A DNA stretch of 63,616 nt, counting the filler, from Octopus bimaculoides (lineage: Eukaryota): assembly GCF_001194135.2 (NCBI RefSeq). It is 6 parts of 6 records of this genome, joined end to end, with 100 filler letters (N's around TTAATTAATTAA, not from the genome) between each part and the next. Parts side by side here need not be neighbours in the genome. Positions count along the whole stretch, not along the records: positions 4,550 to 33,081 come from NC_068983.1; 5 more parts are not named here. One strand, 5' to 3'. The notes beneath the pieces were generated by a model. It ran no database searches, was not told the DNA's origin, and was given only the letters and a program-made list of their open reading frames with translations. Both the position numbers and the translations under genes were made by a program. How positions within the stretch are numbered: position 1 is the stretch's first letter; each line of letters begins with the position of its first letter. This document shows, one piece after another, positions 13,648 through 25,523 of this stretch.

Positions 13648-13864
13648 GTAAATATTACTTGTCTATTCTTTCAAAATCACTAAAATAATACAGGAGAATA
13701 ACGACAATAGTCCTATCTCTCAACTATCACATTTGTTACACAAACTAAGCAACAGATGACAAAAAATATTCAATCTAGACCTCACTTGTTTATTAAATCC
13801 TGGATTTATCACATGCTTGTTTTATTACCAAATCACTTTTAATTTTCCTATTAAAATTTCATAC

Positions 13865-14349
13865 AGTTCTATATTTAAGAGATGAGGAATTATGTACATT
13901 ATTTATATTTGACAGCTGTGTCAGCTGAACCGTTGTGTTAACAACAAAAGCTCACGGGCATATGGCGTAGTGGTTAAGAGTGCAGGCTACTAACCCCAAG
14001 ATTCTGAGTTCGATTGCAGGCAGTGACCTGAATAAGTAATAATAATAATGATAATAATAATAACATCGAAAAAATACCTTAGGAATGGGAACAAGATGAG
14101 GACAAACAAGCTCACGGGCATATGGCGTAGTGGTTAAGAGTGTGGGCTACCCCAAGATTCCGAGTTCGATTCCAGGCAGTGAACTGAATAATAATAATAA
14201 TAACAACAACATCGAAAATATACCTTAGAAATGAGAATCTAGGTTCGAAATTTCTCCAAGAGACCTGATGAAGGCTGGAGAGTATATCAGCCGAAACGTG
14301 TTAACAACAAAAAAGATGAGGACAAATATCCCGCAAATGTAAATAATGT
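13865..14349 (+). mobile_element. Cluster of tRNA-derived SINE copies with a Penelope-type hammerhead tail (two heads, one full tail, flanking tail fragments)
   Basis: A box TGGCGTAGTGG and B box GAGTTCGATT at ~13950 and ~14110; (AAT)n spacer; CTGATGA-AGGCTG...CAGCC-GAAAC at 14265-14297. Confidence 0.85.
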
Positions 14350-14468
14350 TAAAAATTCATGTTAGTGGTGTTCTCCAACTATGGGGCACACCATGTAATC
14401 GAAACTCAGTAGGGATGCTATTCCTTTTATAGGTTGTTAATATAGGTGTAATTTTTATTTCTTCTCAG

Positions 14469-14544
14469 GCTTATGGAAATGCACAGAAAACAGATGACAG
14501 GGAAAAAGTGCAGTGGGTTCGCTTTGAACAATGTGACGCCAATG
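14469..14544 (+). CDS. BCAS3: BCAS3 coding exon 3 (AYGNAQKTDDREKVQWVRFEQCDAN)
   Basis: cttctcag / gtgagt, 76 nt. Matches the BCAS3 EKIVWVRFE motif. Confidence 0.95.
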
Positions 14545-14879
14545 GTGAGTTCAGTTGATTCTCAACTAATTGCTTCTAATTCCAATAAGGTTTTATAATC
14601 TTGTCCTCTCATCACCATTGATTGTTCATAATTATAAGTCAATACTGTGTTCTATTGTATTCATAGTGCTATTAAATCATGTGTTGCAGGCTTTTCTTCA
14701 AATTTTCTGTAGAAATCATAGCTGGCACAATTTTACATATTAAACACTTTCCTGGAAGCTGGTACATAAATATTAATGCAGTATTTCATTATGCAACCAT
14801 AATATACACGACATACATGATTGAGTTTAATCGCCCAGAGAAAAAAGTTGGATTTAAGAAGCATCAGATGTGGTGTGCA

Positions 14880-15472
14880 AGAGAGATGACTGCAATGGTA
14901 TGGTCATGTGTTGTGAATGAATGAGGACAGCTGTGTGAAAAAGTGTCACACCCTAGCAGTTGAAGGAACCTGGGGAAGAGGTAGACCCAGGAAAACCTGG
15001 GATGAGGTGGTGAAGTACGACTTTCGAGCATTGGGCCTTACCGAGTCAATGACTAGTGACAGATCTTTTGAGATATGTTGTGCTTGAAAAGACCCGACAA
15101 GCCAAGTGGCCTATGCCAATGGGTGTAACCAGCCCACTTATGAATACCCCTCATTCATTGGACAATAAACTTTGCTTGTGAAGACCTATTGAGGAAAGTG
15201 AAATCAAAATCAAAATCGATAACGTGGCCGATGACAGTACTGCCTGATCGGCACTCGTGCCGGTGGAACGTTCAAAGCACATCTAAGTGTGACTGTTGCC
15301 AGGACCACAGATTGGCTCCCGTGCTGGTGGTACGTGAAAAGTGCCATTCAAGTGTGATTGCTGCCAGAGTTGCTGGACTGGTTCCCATGCAGGTAGCACA
15401 CAAAAAACATCAGTCTAACTGTCAAACCCATGCTAGCATGGAAAGCAGATGTTAAACGATGATGATGATGAT
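14880..15472 (+). mobile_element. RTE LINE 3' fragment
   Basis: Same family as 31510-32640; GRGRPRKTWDEVVK; (GAT)n tail. Confidence 0.8.
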
Positions 15473-16345
15473 GAATATACTACAAAGCATATTAAATACT
15501 TTGTAAGTTAATACATTGTTCTTCTTTGTTAGCAGTGCTATTAAATTACTTGTTAAAGTTATCTCTACAGGTTTTCTATAGGAATTATAACCAGCACTGA
15601 TGTTTGTTATGACATTTCATATCTGAGATATCAGATCTAAACAAACAATGAGGTCGAAGATGAAAAATGGTTAGTGGGTGTATATGCTATATTTCAGGAG
15701 TTCTTACTCTTTCATCAACACTACATCCGATCTATTAATCATCCACAAACTCTAACCCTAACTCTAACACCCTAAAAGTAACCGTAACTACAGAAATGTT
15801 TTGAAATTTTTGTCTGAATCATTTTTCTGCATATTTAGAAAAAATTTTAAAAATTAAAAAAAAAAATTTTACAAACATTTTTGGAAATTTTTTTCAGAAT
15901 CATAATCTCTGTATTTTTCCGCATATTTTGAAAAAAAAAAAAGAATTTCTAAAAACACTAAAAAAATGAAGGAAATGGGGGTGGAAGGATGGGGAGTAAT
16001 TTTAAAATGCTGATTTTTGCCAAGTTTTTTTCAGATTTGTATTCCCTGTAGCCGAAAAGGGGGTTTTTGTGTTGCAAAAAAAAAAATTTTTGATAAAGTG
16101 TGGATTTTTGTGGGGGACGAGTGGAAGTCTTGCCCAAAATGCTGTGTCCTTATAAATCATTAAGTTTGCAGGAATGCGTTTAATATGTAAATTGATACAT
16201 CCAATAATGCTACACTGCTACATTTACTGGTTATTTAAGCAATGAGTTTATTGATAAGTAATAGGATTTGATGGGTGCTGATGAAGAAATGTTATGTCTT
16301 TTATATAACATTATTCTTTAATAGCCTTTCCATTTATTTTAATAG

Positions 16346-16446
16346 ATTTCAGCAGAAATCCAGATTTTGCTCACCTCGATGTAAAAGTTGGACCTCTTGT
16401 TATCATTCTGGGATATACAAACGGTGTCCAGGTTTGGAATTTAACT
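16346..16446 (+). CDS. BCAS3: BCAS3 coding exon 4 (DFSRNPDFAHLDVKVGPLVIILGYTNGVQVWNLT)
   Basis: ttttaatag / gtaagt, 101 nt. Matches PLLIMIGYSDGMQVW. Confidence 0.95.
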
Positions 16447-16504
16447 GTAAGTTTGTCATTTTATTACCGTTTTTAAATATACATCGTACCTTTACTTCAT
16501 TGGA

Positions 16505-18810
16505 CTTGAAATGTGCTTTGTAGCATTTGCAGAAATTTCATGAAGGCCCTATGAAAACCCTACATTGTTAAGGTATCTAGGACCCTCATCAGAACCCATC
16601 TCCTTCAAAAGAGGGTCTTCTGACTTGAAACCTGCTTTGTAGAGCTCAGAGAAACTTCATGAAGGCCCTATGAAAACCCTACCATGTTAAGGTAACTAGG
16701 ACCCTAATCAGAGCCCATCTCCTTCAATAGAGGGTCTTCTGACTTGAAATCTGCTTGAAATCTGAAGGCCAAGGGTCAGTTCTGTTGCCCTTCTCTGCTT
16801 AGAAGTTGCTTACTCGAATCAAAATGTGCACTAGTGCATTGTTCTTGTGCAAATGTTGTGGTTTTCTGTGACAAAAGTCTTCTGATCTGCCTCGAAGCTC
16901 TATGTCCTTTGAAGAAAGACCTTTCAGTTTGAATATACTTCTAGTAGTGCTCCAGGCACTTGTGAAGGGCCGGGGAAAGTTTCCCAAACTAAATGTGCAC
17001 AGTGCCCTTCTTGCAGCCTCTTGGCTCTTCTCATTCAGTTTGGAAATAACAAACACAGACAGGGTGTGAGATCTGGGCTCTCGGAAGGCCAAAGGTCAGT
17101 TCTTGAATCAAAATGTGCACTAGTGTATTGTTCTTGTGCAAATGTTGTGGCCTTTTCTGACGAAAACCTTTTCCTAAACCTCCCCAAAACTCTGTCCTTT
17201 GAAGTAGAATCCTCTGGGGTTTAAACACTCTTGTAGGGATCTAACCACTCAGTGAAAACCCTCGGGAAGCCCTCAAAAGTGAGGGTATGCACAAAATTTG
17301 TCAGAACCCATCTCCTTTGAAACAGGGACTTCTGTCTTCAAATTTGCTTTGTAGCATTTGCAGAAACTTCATAAAGGCCTTATGAAAACCCTACAATGTT
17401 AAGGTATCTAGGACTCTCATCAAAGCCCATCTCCTTCAAAAGAGGGTCTTTTGACTTGAAACCTGCTTTGTAGAGAAACTTTATGAAGGCCCTATGAAAC
17501 CCTTACAATGTTAAAGTATCTTAGAGCCTTGTCAAATCTCATCGTTGTTGTTTAATCTCCGCTTTCCATGCTCGCATGGGTTGTACAGCTTAACTGAGGG
17601 TTAGGCTCCAATCTGATCTGGCAAAATTTCTACAGCTGGATGCCCTTCCTAACGCCAACCACTCTGAGAGTGTCATGGGTGCTTTTTACGAGCCACCAGC
17701 ACGAGGGCCAGTCAGGAGGCACTGGCAACGACCATGCTCCAATGGTGCTTTTTACGTGCCATCAGCATGGGAGCCAGTCCAGCAGCACTGGCAACGATCA
17801 CACTCAAATGGTGCTTTTTACATGCCACCAGCATGGGACTAGTGAGGCAGCACTGGCATCGACTGGTGCTTTTTACGTTCCACCGGCACAGGTGCCAATC
17901 AGGCGGTACTGTCATCAGCTATGACAACGACTTCACTTGCCTCAACAGTTTATTGCCCAATGATTGAAGGCTGCTCTGAAATGGGCTGGTTATGCTGCAC
18001 TGCATAGACCTTGGTTATAGTCTCACTTGGCTTGCCATGTCTTCTCTAGCACAGCATATCTCCAAAGGTCTCGGTCACTTGTCATTGCCTCGGTGAGGCC
18101 CAACGTTTGAAGGTCCGTGCTTCAACACGTCTTCCTAGGTCTACCTCTTCCACAGGTTCCCTCTACTGCTAGGGTGTAACACTTTCACACACAGCTGTCC
18201 TCATCCATACACAACCCAAGACCATACCAGTGCAGTCGTCTCTCTTGCACACTACATCTGATTCTTCTTAAGTCCAACTTTCCTTTCAGGGTGCTTACAC
18301 TCTGACGTGCATGCACACTGACATTACACATCTAGCGGAGCATACAAGCTTCATTCCTTGCAAGCTTAGACATGTCCTCAACAGTCATGGCCCATGTTCC
18401 ACTGCCATGTATCATGGCTGATCTCCTTTAAAAAAGGGTTTTCTGACTTAAAATGTACTTTGTAATGCTCTTAGACACTTCATGAAGGGCCTATGAAACA
18501 CCGGCAATGTTAAGGAGCCTTGGACCTTTATCAGAGCCCCCTTCCTCAAAAGAGGGTCTTCTCATTCAAATGCACTTTGTAGCATTCCCAAACATTTCAC
18601 AAAGGTCCTATGAAACTCCTCCGATGCTAAGGGGCCCAGGATTTTGTCCCAGCGTTTTTCAACTTTGAAACGATTGTAGGGAGGTTAAGCCAGGTCTGGA
18701 CTGTAGTGAGGATAAGGAAAAGTTGGGCTTGCCCCATCTCCTTCAAAACAGGGTCATCTGATTTCAAATGCACTCTGTAGTGCACCCAGACTCTTCATGA
18801 AGGTTGGCAT
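16505..18810. repeat. Degenerate ~120-bp satellite array in BCAS3 intron 4, interrupted by an RTE copy
   Basis: Recurrent TTCATGAAGGCCCTATGAAAACCC...CCATCTCCTTCAAAAGAGGGTC units. Confidence 0.8.
17540..18420 (-). mobile_element. RTE LINE 3' fragment inserted into the 120-bp satellite
   Basis: Same family 3' UTR and RT C-terminus. Confidence 0.8.
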
Positions 18811-18993
18811 GTAAAGGAGCTGAGGGTCTTGTTACAGCCTCTTTTGACTTCAAAACAGCTGTGGGGATGGTGAGGAACAGTTGTGTTGCCCATCTCAGTC
18901 AAGTAGTTGATTACCACAATGGAATTGTGATAAGCAGTGTTGAGTAGAGTGTGTTCCAAATGCCTTTCCAGCTGTTTCAAATGAGAATGATAA

Positions 18994-19105
18994 AACATTA
19001 TTTACATTTTACGGATATTTGTCCTCATCTTGTTTGTTGTTAGCACAATGTTTTGGCTGATACACCCTCCAGCCTTCATCAGGTGTCTTGGGATATTTTC
19101 AAATC
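18994..19105 (-). mobile_element. Same tRNA-SINE, tail-only fragment with hammerhead remnant (19042-19087)
   Basis: Reverse complement: GACAC-CTGATGA-AGGCTG...CAGCC-AAAACATTGTG. Confidence 0.75.
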
Positions 19106-19114
19106 TCTATCACA

Positions 19115-19680
19115 GCTGTTTCTTTTAGTCTGGAATAACAAAAGATGGCAGGTCAGCTTGTTGGTAGGCGTTGTTCAAAGTGCTTGTACAGTTATCTCTT
19201 TCAGTCTAGAATAACAAAAGGTGGCAGGTCAGCTTANNNNNNNNNNNNNNNNNNNNNNNNNNNNNNNNNNNNNNNNNNNNNNNNNNNNNATGGCAGGTCA
19301 GCTTGTTGGTAGGCGTTGTTCAAAGTGCTTGTACAGTTATCTCTTTCAGTCTAGAATAACAAAAGGTGGCAGGTCAGCTTATTGATAGTTGTTCAAAGTG
19401 CTTGCGGAGCCATCTCTTTCAGTCTGGAATAACAAAAGGTGGCAGGTCAGCTTATTACTAGATATGTTCAAAATGCTGCTACAGCTGTTTCAATGTGGAA
19501 TAATAAAAAGTTGCAGATTAGCTTATTAGTTATGTTCAAAGTGCCGGTACAGCTGTCTCCTTCAATGTGGAATAACAAGGAGTGACTGGTTAGTTTATTT
19601 ATAGGATATGTCCAAAGCTCTGTCACAGCCGTCTCTTTCAATCTGGAATTTCAGGACAGGTCAGCTTATTAGATGTCTAG
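19115..19680. repeat. ~73-bp tandem repeat upstream of BCAS3 exon 5
   Basis: TCTTTCAGTCTAGAATAACAAAAGGTGGCAGGTCAGCTT units at ~73-bp spacing. Confidence 0.85.
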
Positions 19681-19764
19681 TAATGATGTTAATGATATAT
19701 GAAAATTACAATTCTTTCCATTTTTTATTTAATTGTTGTTTTTTTCCCACTTTTTCCTTCCCAG

Positions 19765-19846
19765 ACTAAAGGAGAAGCACAGGAGGTGATGTCGATCCGT
19801 CAGGGCCCTGTTCGAGCAGTGAGGATCTTGCCGACCCCTGTACCTG
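19765..19846 (+). CDS. BCAS3: BCAS3 coding exon 5 (TKGEAQEVMSIRQGPVRAVRILPTPVP)
   Basis: ttccttcccag / gtgtgt, 82 nt. Matches [21 protein letters not shown]. Confidence 0.95.
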
Positions 19847-20014
19847 GTGTGTATTTTTCTTTTATTTGTTTCAGCCATTTGACTGTATTCACTCTGAAGC
19901 ACTGTATCTAACTTTAAGAGTGTGCTTGGTGCCTTTTATATTCCACTGGCACAAATGCTTTTTATGTGACACCAGCATATAAATAGTAGGGCCCTAGACA
20001 AACTTAAGCTAAGA

Positions 20015-20155
20015 ATTAAGGTTGTAGAAAGGCCAGGCAACCCTATCAAATCCCTATTTGGTAGAACCTACCCTTTTAGTAGAAGCCCCTGTACTGATAG
20101 GAACTGCACTATATATAGATTTAGCCCACAAACAAACTGTAAAGCCAGGAATGTA
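20015..20155 (+). mobile_element. Penelope-like fragment (linker to GIY-YIG start), interrupted by a mariner
   Basis: IKVVERPGNPIKSLFGRTYPF...C...C...NCKARNV. Confidence 0.4.
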
Positions 20156-21903
20156 TCAGGTCATCCCATAAGTTCTGTCCGAATTTTGAATAAAGAAAAC
20201 AAGTTATAAAGAAAACATGTTAAATTTAATTGAAATTTAATCATCAATGTTCCTTTCCAGATTATCTATGACTTCCTTCCATCTATGTACAAGCTTTTTA
20301 ATTCCATCAATGCAAAACTCTTTTGGTTTCAAAGCGAAGAACTCTGAAATGTCTGTTTCGACCTCCTCCTAGCTTGTGAAAGTTATGTCCCCCAAATGAT
20401 TCTGTAAACTATGAAACAAATGGTAGTCTGAAGGAGCAAGGTCAGGAGAATAAGGTGGATGAGGAATTTTTTCCAACTAAGCTCTTTGATTTTCTGTGAT
20501 GTGATCTTTGCAGTGTGGGGGTCACGCATTATCCTGATGAAACATCACTCCTTTTCGATTCACTAAAGCGGGTCATTTTTTTTCTTCAAAGCTTGGTTCA
20601 AACACTCTAATTGCTGACAGTAGACTTGAGCATTGATTGTTGCATTAAGTGGTAACAGTTCAAAGTGAATTACTCCTTTACAATCCCACCAGATAGAGAG
20701 AACCTTTTTCCCATGAAGCTCCCTTCTCGGTTGTGGTTGAGCTTTTTTCCTTTTACCAAGCCACTGTTTATGATGTTTAACCCTTTCGATACTAACCTGA
20801 CTGTAACTGGCTGAAACATTTCTTGGTGCATAAGACCTAGCCAGCCAAGAGTACCCATTGTTATTTAAATGTGAATTTAAGCACAAATCTCGTTAGTACA
20901 TTCGTGAAAATACGTGATTTCACTTTGTAAGTAGTTGAGTTATAGTATCCAACATTGTTTGATGTGATATCTGTACTCAGTGAATTTTGGGAGAATTTTT
21001 CCCACATTTTTTTCGGCGTCAATTTTTTTTTTTCAAACTTGCGGTGGATTTAGGTGGATTCCAGTATTTCAGTTTATTTCACCTTTATGGTACACCTGTT
21101 CTTTTGTGCATTAAATTCAACTGATAATTTAGTGATGTGCACCATTCTTCTATATCAAAATTTTGTTGCATACCCAATTAAATATTAGCTGATGATTCAT
21201 TTTCTACGGTGATGTTTAAACAAAATTTTAATATTTTTACCTTTTGCTCAGTTTACCTTGATTTACCTGTAATTAGAGCACTTTGAGACAAAAGTTATGC
21301 AATAGAATTGGTTAAGAACCCTTTCTTTAATTATGTTTCAAATATCACATTAATATCTTGATAAGTAAAAATGTTACAGTTGTTTAATGAAACTAGTCTA
21401 AATTCATGATTATTTTAGAATTTAATTGAAACTCATGAGGGATGTATTTTGGTCAGAAATATACTAACGAAAGGGTTAACATTTTCATAGAAGATCCATT
21501 TTTCGTCACCAGTCACAAGTCTATCCAAAAAGGGTGAAATGAGTTCGCGAAAATGGAGAGAAGAGCAGATGTCAACTCAGGATGCAAACCATCTTCTGCA
21601 AGTTCTTTCATTCAAGCATTCTTTCCCATAAACTGAGAGTATGTTTCGAGTTGCTTCGGCTGCAGTGTTTGCTTTTTTGTACTCATAAAGCATTATGTGC
21701 CTCAAATGCTCTTTGGATACTTCCATGTTAGAAAGGGTTTTAATCAAAGAATTTTAATTCTATTATTCTGTAAAATAATAATTAGTTTAAATGTACACAA
21801 AAGCATAAAAATAATTTTTAATACCATTAAACATTCTAAAATACTATTAAATTTCATTCAATTTTAAAAACGGTAAAATCAGACAACTTATGGGATAACC
21901 TGA
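20156..21903 (-). mobile_element. Mariner element with both TIRs and TA TSD, interrupted by a piggyBac-type MITE
   Basis: TIRs TCAGGTCATCCCATAAGTT and AACTTATGGGATAACCTGA; KWIFYENVK; PHPPYSPDLAPSDYHLF. Confidence 0.9.
20781..21475. mobile_element. piggyBac-type non-autonomous element
   Basis: TTAA|CCCTTTCG...CGAAAGGG|TTAA; removing it restores the mariner frame ENVKHHKQW. Confidence 0.85.
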
Positions 21904-21907
21904 TATA

Positions 21908-22700
21908 TCATCACCATCATTTAATGTCTGTTTTCCATGCTGGCATGGGTTGGACAGTTTGACAGGAGCTGACCAGCTGAAGGGCTATTCAAGTTCCATG
22001 TCTGCTGTGGTATGGTTTCTACAGCTGGATGCCCTTCCTAACACCAACCACTTTGTAGAGTGTGCTGGGTGGTTTTTAATGTGCCATTGGCATGAGTGCA
22101 TTTACGCATCATGGGCACGAGTGCTTTCTAAGTGGCACTGGCACCTGAAAGGACAAGCTGGTATGTTTGGAAGACAACGATTTTACTTAGCTTGATGTGT
22201 CTTCTCAATTAGAGCTCAGCACTTCTTTATGCAGCTGTCTTCATCCATACACATTGCATAACCAAACCAGCACAGTCTCCTCTCTTGCACACAACATCTG
22301 ATGCCTCTGATCCCCAGTTTTCCTCTTAAATCATTTACACTCAATTGTGTGTGTGCACACTAACATTACCCATCCACCACAGCATTGTAGCTTCATTTCT
22401 TTCAAGCCTTCACAAGTCCTCTGTAGTCAAAGCTCATGTTTAACTCCTGTGTAACATAGCGGTATGTACACAAGCATCATACAATTTACCTTTCACTCTG
22501 AGAGGCCTTTAGTTACCAACACATTCCTTGGTCTACCCCTTCCAAGGGTACCTTCCACAATTAGAGCTCAACATTTCTTTATACCGCTGTCCTCATTCAT
22601 ACATATTACATGACCACACCAGTGCAATCTTTTCTCTTACACACAACATCTGCTGCCTCTTATACCCAGTTTTCCTCTTAAATCATTTACAGCCTGTATT
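21908..22700 (-). mobile_element. RTE LINE 3' fragments
   Basis: Tail catcatttaatgtctg plus RT C-terminal remnants. Confidence 0.7.
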
Positions 22701-22771
22701 TTTTTGTTTGTTTTTGTGGAGGGTTAAAATGGAAGATAAATCCTGAAAGAATCTGTTTTTCTCTTCTTCAG

Positions 22772-22835
22772 TTTTTGAAGAAGTTGACAGCTTCGCAAGC
22801 AAGCGGCCATTGATGGTGATATGCGATTCGTCAAA
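22772..22835 (+). CDS. BCAS3: BCAS3 coding exon 6 (VFEEVDSFASKRPLMVICDSS)
   Basis: ctcttcttcag / gtaagt, 64 nt. Matches DNFAEKRPLLGVC; phases fit both neighbours. Confidence 0.92.
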
Positions 22836-23099
22836 GTAAGTATTTGTTTTCATTACTAATTGAGAGAAATATATCTTACATATAAATTAAAAGTGTACAG
22901 AAAATAAAATGCCAGAGTGGAAAGCTAGAAGTAGTTAATAGCTTCTGTTAGATAGCTTCAGGCCCTTCTTGATATGTAGATCATACTTGAATGGTGCTTT
23001 TCATGAGTCACCGGCACAGGAACCAATCCATCGCCCTGGCAATGATCACACTTGGATGTGCTTTTATTTGATATTATGTGCTTTTATTTGATATTAATT

Positions 23100-23420
23100 G
23101 GTTGAAGGAGAGGTTTTCTTCTAGCTGCTTGTCCCATAATACCCAAGCTTATGCAGATATGTAACACATGTTCTTGGACTAACTTCTAGCTGTTTTGCAA
23201 TGTGAGAAACATTTGAATGGGGTTCGTTTTCCACAATTCTCTTGAAACAGCGAAGCTTCCTTTCTGAGGGCCCAGCTCGGTAGGGATGAGAATGTGTTGA
23301 TTCTTTTCCTTGGCTTTTGAATTGCACTATAATTCTATTAACTGTTGCAAGAGGAATTTGAAAATTTTGGGCAATTTTTTGCTGGCTAAGATCAGCCTCA
23401 GATTACCCAACAATATAACC
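23100..23420 (-). mobile_element. Tc1 transposase HTH fragment
   Basis: [23 protein letters not shown]. Confidence 0.7.
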
Positions 23421-23789
23421 TCTTTGAAAATCTGACAGTTCTGCTGAATTTTTTGTGTGTGGCGTGGTTACTCTTCACAAATGTTTAACATAATGACAAC
23501 CTGGAATAAAAAAAAGAACAATTACATTGTAAATTCTACACCGCTGAAAACATTAAAATGCTTAGATCAAAAATTTTGAAAATTAAAGATGTCTATTTAC
23601 TTCCTGCATGTCTGTGTATATCTGTTGCACATCTGGTCTTCGTCCTGTGCCAATCACTTTACAATGTGGACTGGATGCTTTTTATGTGGCACCAGCATAG
23701 GTGAGGTCAGTTTTGGCAGGGTTTTTACAGCAGCATGCCTTCCAAATGCCACCCACTTTACAGTGTGGACTAGATGCACCAAATGGTGA

Positions 23790-24140
23790 GTAGCCTACAG
23801 CAACAGTTGGAAGTTTGTTTACACTAATGCTTGAAGCATTGATTACACCTACGTTTGGATATTGACCATGGCTGCTACATAACGCTTGGGGATTCCAATG
23901 GGTTAACAGCAGAACCTGCATATCTGGACATTTCCCAAACTATTTTTCTCCTGAAGATGGACCTTTCTACCCGAAATATAAAAGTGTTATAAAACTTACC
24001 ATATTATGAGAAGCTGTCTATTTCTTCTCCTTTTTCACCTTCTGAAGATGGGTCTTTGTGCCTGAAATATAAAACTTTTATAAAACTTTCTGCATTGTCA
24101 GAAGCTTTCTACTTTCACTCTTTTTTTTACCTTCTTTGAT
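23790..24140 (+). mobile_element. Probable Penelope-like element 3' remnant with two ~91-bp tandem units carrying CTGAAGA minimal hammerhead motifs
   Basis: CTGAAGA at 23951 and 24042, each followed by TGG...CC(C/T)GAAATATAAAA. The upstream frame weakly resembles a PLE GIY-YIG C-terminus. Confidence 0.5.
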
Positions 24141-24159
24141 ATAACAATGCTTTGTTAAG

Positions 24160-25287
24160 AAAGTTCTTGGACACTTTTAACATATCCCTTTATTAAAAAT
24201 TAAAAAAACAACAAAGAACAATCAGGAATCACTAATGAACATACAGCACAATGATGGTTCAAGAAATTTCATAGCGGTGATGAGAATCTTGAAGATGATA
24301 AGTGTAGTGGTCGGCCATCGGATGTTGGCAACGATCAACTAAGAGCCTTTGTGGAAGCCAATCCATGCACAACTGTTTGAGGGCTTGCTCCTGAATTAGA
24401 TGTAATGTATATGACAATTTCCAATCACTTGAAAGAGATTTGAATAACAAAAATACTTGTGAAATGGGTGCCGCACGAATTGAATGACAACCAATAAACA
24501 TGCCATTTTGAAGTGTCATCTTCCCTTCTTTTATGCAACAAGAACGACCCGTTTCTCGACCAGATTGTAACTTACGATGAAAAGTGGATTCTTTACAACA
24601 ACTGGCGATGCTCAGCTCAGTAGTCGGACGGTGACGAAGCTCACTTCCCGAAGCCAAAGTTGCACCAAANNNNNNNNNNGATGCTCAGCTCAGTAGTCGG
24701 ACGGTGACGAAGCTCACTTCCCGAAGCCAAAGTTGCACCAAAAGAACATCATGGTGATTGTTTGGTAGTCTGCGGCTGGTCTCATCCATCACAGCTTTTT
24801 GGATCCAGGCGAAACCATTACGGCAGAGAAGTACTGTCAGCAATTGGATGAAATGCATAAGAAACTCCAACAATAGCCAGCATTGGTCAATAGTAAAGGA
24901 CCAATTCTTCTCCATGACAATGCTCTGCCGCACATCGCACGACTGACCCTGCAGAAGTTGAACGAATTGGGCTACGAAACTCTGACTCATCTGCCATACT
25001 CACCAGACCTCTCGCCTACCGACTACCACTTTTTCAAGCATCTCGACAACTTCCTGCATGAGAAATGCTTCAAAAACCAAGACAATGTCAAACACGCCTT
25101 CAATGACTTCGTTGCCACCTGAATGCAGGATTTTGATGCTATTGGCATAAATAAACTTGTTTCGCATTGACAAAAGTGTGTTGATTCTGATGGTGTTTAT
25201 TTCAATCAATAAAGTTTTGTTTGAGCCGAGATATGTGCATTTGAATTTAAAGGTTAAAAACCACAAGAACTTTCTTGACAACCTAAT
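24160..25287 (+). mobile_element. Mariner transposase pseudogene with 3' TIR
   Basis: WVPHEL, TYDEKW, LHDNA, YSPDLSPTDYHFF; ends ttcttgacaacctaata. Confidence 0.9.
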
Positions 25288-25412
25288 AATACAATGCTCT
25301 TATAAAATAATAATTATTTCTTCATGTCCCAAGTGCATCTGCTGCACATCTTGCCTTTGTGCTATGCTCCTTCTATTGTTTTCTGTTTCTTCTTTCCTTC
25401 TCACACCTACAG

Positions 25413-25523
25413 CTCATGTCAATCCTATTGCTCTGCAAGATTAGTGTCATTGAAAACCGGTGAAGAATGCCACAGTTTGTCTTTTAAAACGCTGCCAATA
25501 CAAAATGTTGAATGCAATGCTCG
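25413..25523 (+). CDS. BCAS3: BCAS3 coding exon 7 (NSCQSYCSARLVSLKTGEECHSLSFKTLPIQNVECNAR)
   Basis: cacctacag / gtgagt, 111 nt. Matches [26 protein letters not shown]. Confidence 0.94.

Noticed and set aside
13950-14030. tRNA gene
   Set aside because: The acceptor stem does not pair, and it is a multi-copy SINE head.
16505-19680. CRISPR-like array
   Set aside because: Eukaryotic satellites with no unique spacers and no cas genes.
24610-24745. Direct duplication within the mariner
   Set aside because: It flanks a 10-N gap, so it is a contig overlap artefact.
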